A DNA stretch of 64,000 nucleotides from Candidatus Magasanikbacteria bacterium RIFOXYC2_FULL_42_28. Lineage in GTDB: Bacteria; Patescibacteriota; Patescibacteriia; Magasanikbacterales; GWA2-37-8. The notes beneath the pieces are model-generated. The model ran no database searches and had not been told where the DNA came from. It worked only from the letters and a program-made list of their open reading frames with translations. Location: positions 23,347 through 87,346 of the forward strand of contig MFQZ01000008.1 of the NCBI GenBank assembly GCA_001784435.1, in the 5' to 3' direction. Of this stretch, positions 61,269-64,000 are shown in pieces. Every line of letters starts with the position of its first letter. The stretch's first letter is position 1. The position numbers and the translations under genes were made by a program.

Positions 61269-63644
61269 TTACCCCATCCGACTCAACCTTGCGAAAACAA
61301 AAAATATCACACTAAACCCAACCCCCATCACAACCGGCGCGAAGAGCGACAACCAATTGGTTTTCCCCGGCCGAAACCGACGCAAAAATAATGAATTAAT
61401 AACAACCGATACCGAAGACAACGCCATGGCCAATCCGGCCAATTCCGGTTTTAACACCAAACCAATGCCGGCAAAAACTCGCGCGGCAATTGGAATGCCG
61501 ATGACATTATAGAACAACGCAAAAAACATATTTTGTTTTATTTTGCCCATGGTCTCGCGGCTTAATTGAATCGCGGTCAGCACATCGCGCAAATCGTTTT
61601 TGATAATTACGATGCCACCAGTTTCCATCGCCACGTCTGTGCCACTACCCATTGCAATTCCCAGATCCGCCTGCGCCAACGCCGGCGCGTCGTTTATGCC
61701 GTCCCCCACCATGGCGACTTTCACACCCGCGCTTTGTAATTTTTTCACCTCGTTCGCTTTTTCTTCCGGCAACACCTCGGCCAATACATTTTTAATTCCC
61801 GCTTGACGCGCGATTGCTTCGGCCGTCCGACGATTATCACCGGTAATCATATATACTTCTAGCCCACGCTTCTGCAACATTTTTACCGCTTCCACTGTTG
61901 TCTCTTTAATTGTGTCCGCGACGGCAATCAACCCAACCAAATCATTTTCAATAACCAAAAACATTACGGTCTTCCCCTCTTTTTCCAACTGCTCTACGAC
62001 ATAATTATTAGCGGGCGCAATCACCAAATTATTATCAGCCAATAATTTCCGATTTCCCAATAAAATTTTCTGCTCATTAATTTTACCAACTACACCATGC
62101 CCGGGAACTGCGCTAAATTCCTGTACCTCCAAAAGCACTAAATTTTTCTCCTTGGCCTTATTCACAATCGCATCAGCCAAAGGATGTTCTGACTTGGATT
62201 CTATGGAAGCGGCAATTTGAAGAATTTGATCATTGGGATTTGAAAATTGATTGGAAATTGGAAATTGGAAATTGGAAATTGCGATGATATCCGTCAATTC
62301 CGGCTCTCCCTTAGTCAAAGTCCCGGTTTTATCAAAAACAATCACTTTAATTTTACATGCCGCTTCCAATGGCTCACCCCCTTTGATAAGTACGCCGTGT
62401 TCTGCACCTTTACCCGTGCCAACCATAATCGCGGTCGGCGTGGCGAGGCCCAAAGCGCACGGACAAGCAATAACGATAACGGAGGTAAACGCCATTAACG
62501 CGAACGCGAGCGACGCGCCCAAGAAAAAATACCATACCAAACCGGTCAAAATCGCAATGCCAATTACCGCCGGCACAAAGTAAGCGGAAATTTTATCCGC
62601 GAACGCCGCAATGGGCGCTTTGCTCCCCTGCGCGTCTTCCACCACGCGAATAATTTGCGCGAGCATAGTTTCGCCTCCGACTTTCGTCGCGACAAATTCA
62701 AAACTGCCGTGCTTATTTATGGTGGAACCGATTACCACATCGCCCACATTTTTTTCCACCGGAATACTTTCACCCGTAATCATACTTTCGTCCACAGCTG
62801 ACTGGCCTTTGGCAATTTTTCCATCCACCGGAATTTTTTCACCCGGACGCACGACAATGACATCGCCCGCGACCACCTGTTCAATCGGTACATCCGCCGT
62901 TACACCATTTTTAATTACGCGCGCAGTTTTGGCTTGCAAACCCATTAATTTTTTAATCGCGTCCGAGGTCTGGCCTTTGGTTTTTGCTTCCAACCATTTA
63001 CCTAACACCACGAAAGTAATTAGAAACGCCGCGGTCTCAAAATATAATTCCGGAATTTTCGCGCCGTTTAAGCCGATAAAACTATTGGTGATCCGAACAT
63101 AATTAAGATATTGTACTAAACTGTAAAAGAACGCGGTGCTCGTGCCAATCGCAATCAAACTATCCATGTTGAAAGTTTTCATTTTCAAACTACTCCACAT
63201 TCCTTTGTAAAATCCGGTGCCAATAATAAACTGCACCGGAATGGTCAAAATCAAAGAAATTATTCCGACATAAGGCAATAGTGCCGCTCGGAGTGGAATA
63301 AATGAAAAGAAATCAAACAACATGAAATACAACATCGGCAAAGACAACCCAAAACTCCACCAGAATTTTTTGCCATATCCGGTTAACACAGTCGCGCGCT
63401 CGCGTCTATCCGCCTCCGGATCAGAGTTATCATTCAAACGCGCTTTGTAACCGGCCTTTTCCACCGCCGAAATTAATTGCGCGACGGTCGTGAGCGAAGT
63501 ATCAAACACCACCCGCGCTTTTTCCGCGGCAAAATTTACATTGGCGGTTTGAACGCCCGTCACCTCTTTTAATCCCCGCTCAATCAAAGTGGCGCAAGAC
63601 GCGCAGTGCATGCCTGACAAATTTAATTGTTTATTATCGATCAT
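61269..63644 (-). CDS. copA: Cu(I)-translocating P1B-type ATPase
   Basis: GMHCASC, TGES, CPC, DKTGT, SEHP, GDGIND, YN and MALSS; start taken at MIDNKQ. Confidence 0.93.
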   Translation of the reverse strand: MIDNKQLNLSGMHCASCATLIERGLKEVTGVQTANVNFAAEKARVVFDTSLTTVAQLISAVEKAGYKARLNDNSDPEADRRERATVLTGYGKKFWWSFGLSLPMLYFMLFDFFSFIPLRAALLPYVGIISLILTIPVQFIIGTGFYKGMWSSLKMKTFNMDSLIAIGTSTAFFYSLVQYLNYVRITNSFIGLNGAKIPELYFETAAFLITFVVLGKWLEAKTKGQTSDAIKKLMGLQAKTARVIKNGVTADVPIEQVVAGDVIVVRPGEKIPVDGKIAKGQSAVDESMITGESIPVEKNVGDVVIGSTINKHGSFEFVATKVGGETMLAQIIRVVEDAQGSKAPIAAFADKISAYFVPAVIGIAILTGLVWYFFLGASLAFALMAFTSVIVIACPCALGLATPTAIMVGTGKGAEHGVLIKGGEPLEAACKIKVIVFDKTGTLTKGEPELTDIIAISNFQFPISNQFSNPNDQILQIAASIESKSEHPLADAIVNKAKEKNLVLLEVQEFSAVPGHGVVGKINEQKILLGNRKLLADNNLVIAPANNYVVEQLEKEGKTVMFLVIENDLVGLIAVADTIKETTVEAVKMLQKRGLEVYMITGDNRRTAEAIARQAGIKNVLAEVLPEEKANEVKKLQSAGVKVAMVGDGINDAPALAQADLGIAMGSGTDVAMETGGIVIIKNDLRDVLTAIQLSRETMGKIKQNMFFALFYNVIGIPIAARVFAGIGLVLKPELAGLAMALSSVSVVINSLFLRRFRPGKTNWLSLFAPVVMGVGFSVIFFVFARLSRMG

Positions 63645-63654
63645 ATTTTTATAA

Positions 63655-64000
63655 TTATTGAGAAATACCACTACCACAACCATCAAGCGAACAGGAAATA
63701 TTATCAGCATTTTCTGTTGTGTTAGTATTGGCATTAACCGCTGTATTTTTATCTTCTACCACAATAAATTTCCCACGATACATCCCCATGGAACAAGAAA
63801 ATGGAATCGTGCCCACTTCGGTCGGTGTAAAATTAATAATATTTTCACCGGCGTTAAGCCCTTGATTAATTCCAAATTTGCGCATCACAATCGACGCGGC
63901 GCAAGAATATTGCGAAGTGGAATTGATTATCCATTTAACCGGCCGGCCTTTCACCACGGTAAAAGTATCAGGCGTGTAACCATTATTATTTTGCGTCATG
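63655..64000 (-). CDS. C-terminal cupredoxin-like domain of a heavy-metal-associated protein (truncated by the window edge)
   Basis: [27 protein letters not shown]. Confidence 0.75.
   Translation of the reverse strand, partial: MTQNNNGYTPDTFTVVKGRPVKWIINSTSQYSCAASIVMRKFGINQGLNAGENIINFTPTEVGTIPFSCSMGMYRGKFIVVEDKNTAVNANTNTTENADNISCSLDGCGSGISQ

Overview
64-kb window of a small-genome bacterium, most consistent with Patescibacteria/CPR (Parcubacteria-like). The basis is a 23S-5S rRNA unit unlinked from 16S, a truncated L1-stalk helix, a family of TrbC/VirB2-like CPR pilins and mostly SD-less starts; the taxonomy is an inference. Backbone genes include transaldolase, a deoxyhypusine-synthase-like enzyme, pnp, rpsO, galU, type IV minor pilins, ftsK, recA and a copper/thiol-redox cluster, plus three tRNAs (Leu-TAG, Arg-TCT, His-GTG). 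A ~16.8-kb element (about 14061-30845) is integrated at the tRNA-His 3' end. It carries a large serine recombinase, a small replication/HTH module, Fic, a type I RM system with an embedded HEPN protein, a YgjP-like peptidase, a C5 methyltransferase, a GHKL-ATPase-HEPN fusion and an unannotated 59-aa acidic protein. Strongest leads: (1) the recombinase ORF appears split by its own att site, and excision would add a 42-aa in-frame tail encoded at the far end of the island; (2) a uORF/antiterminator/terminator arrangement lies between the only consensus promoter and the 23S gene; (3) a Dcm plus GHKL-HEPN module is a candidate defence system; (4) duplicated poly-G-spacer promoters and shared terminators bracket unrelated ORFs; (5) 112-bp direct repeats flank the putative major pilin, and the same repeat family sits in frame inside CopA. 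All product calls come from motif reading only; no database searches were run.
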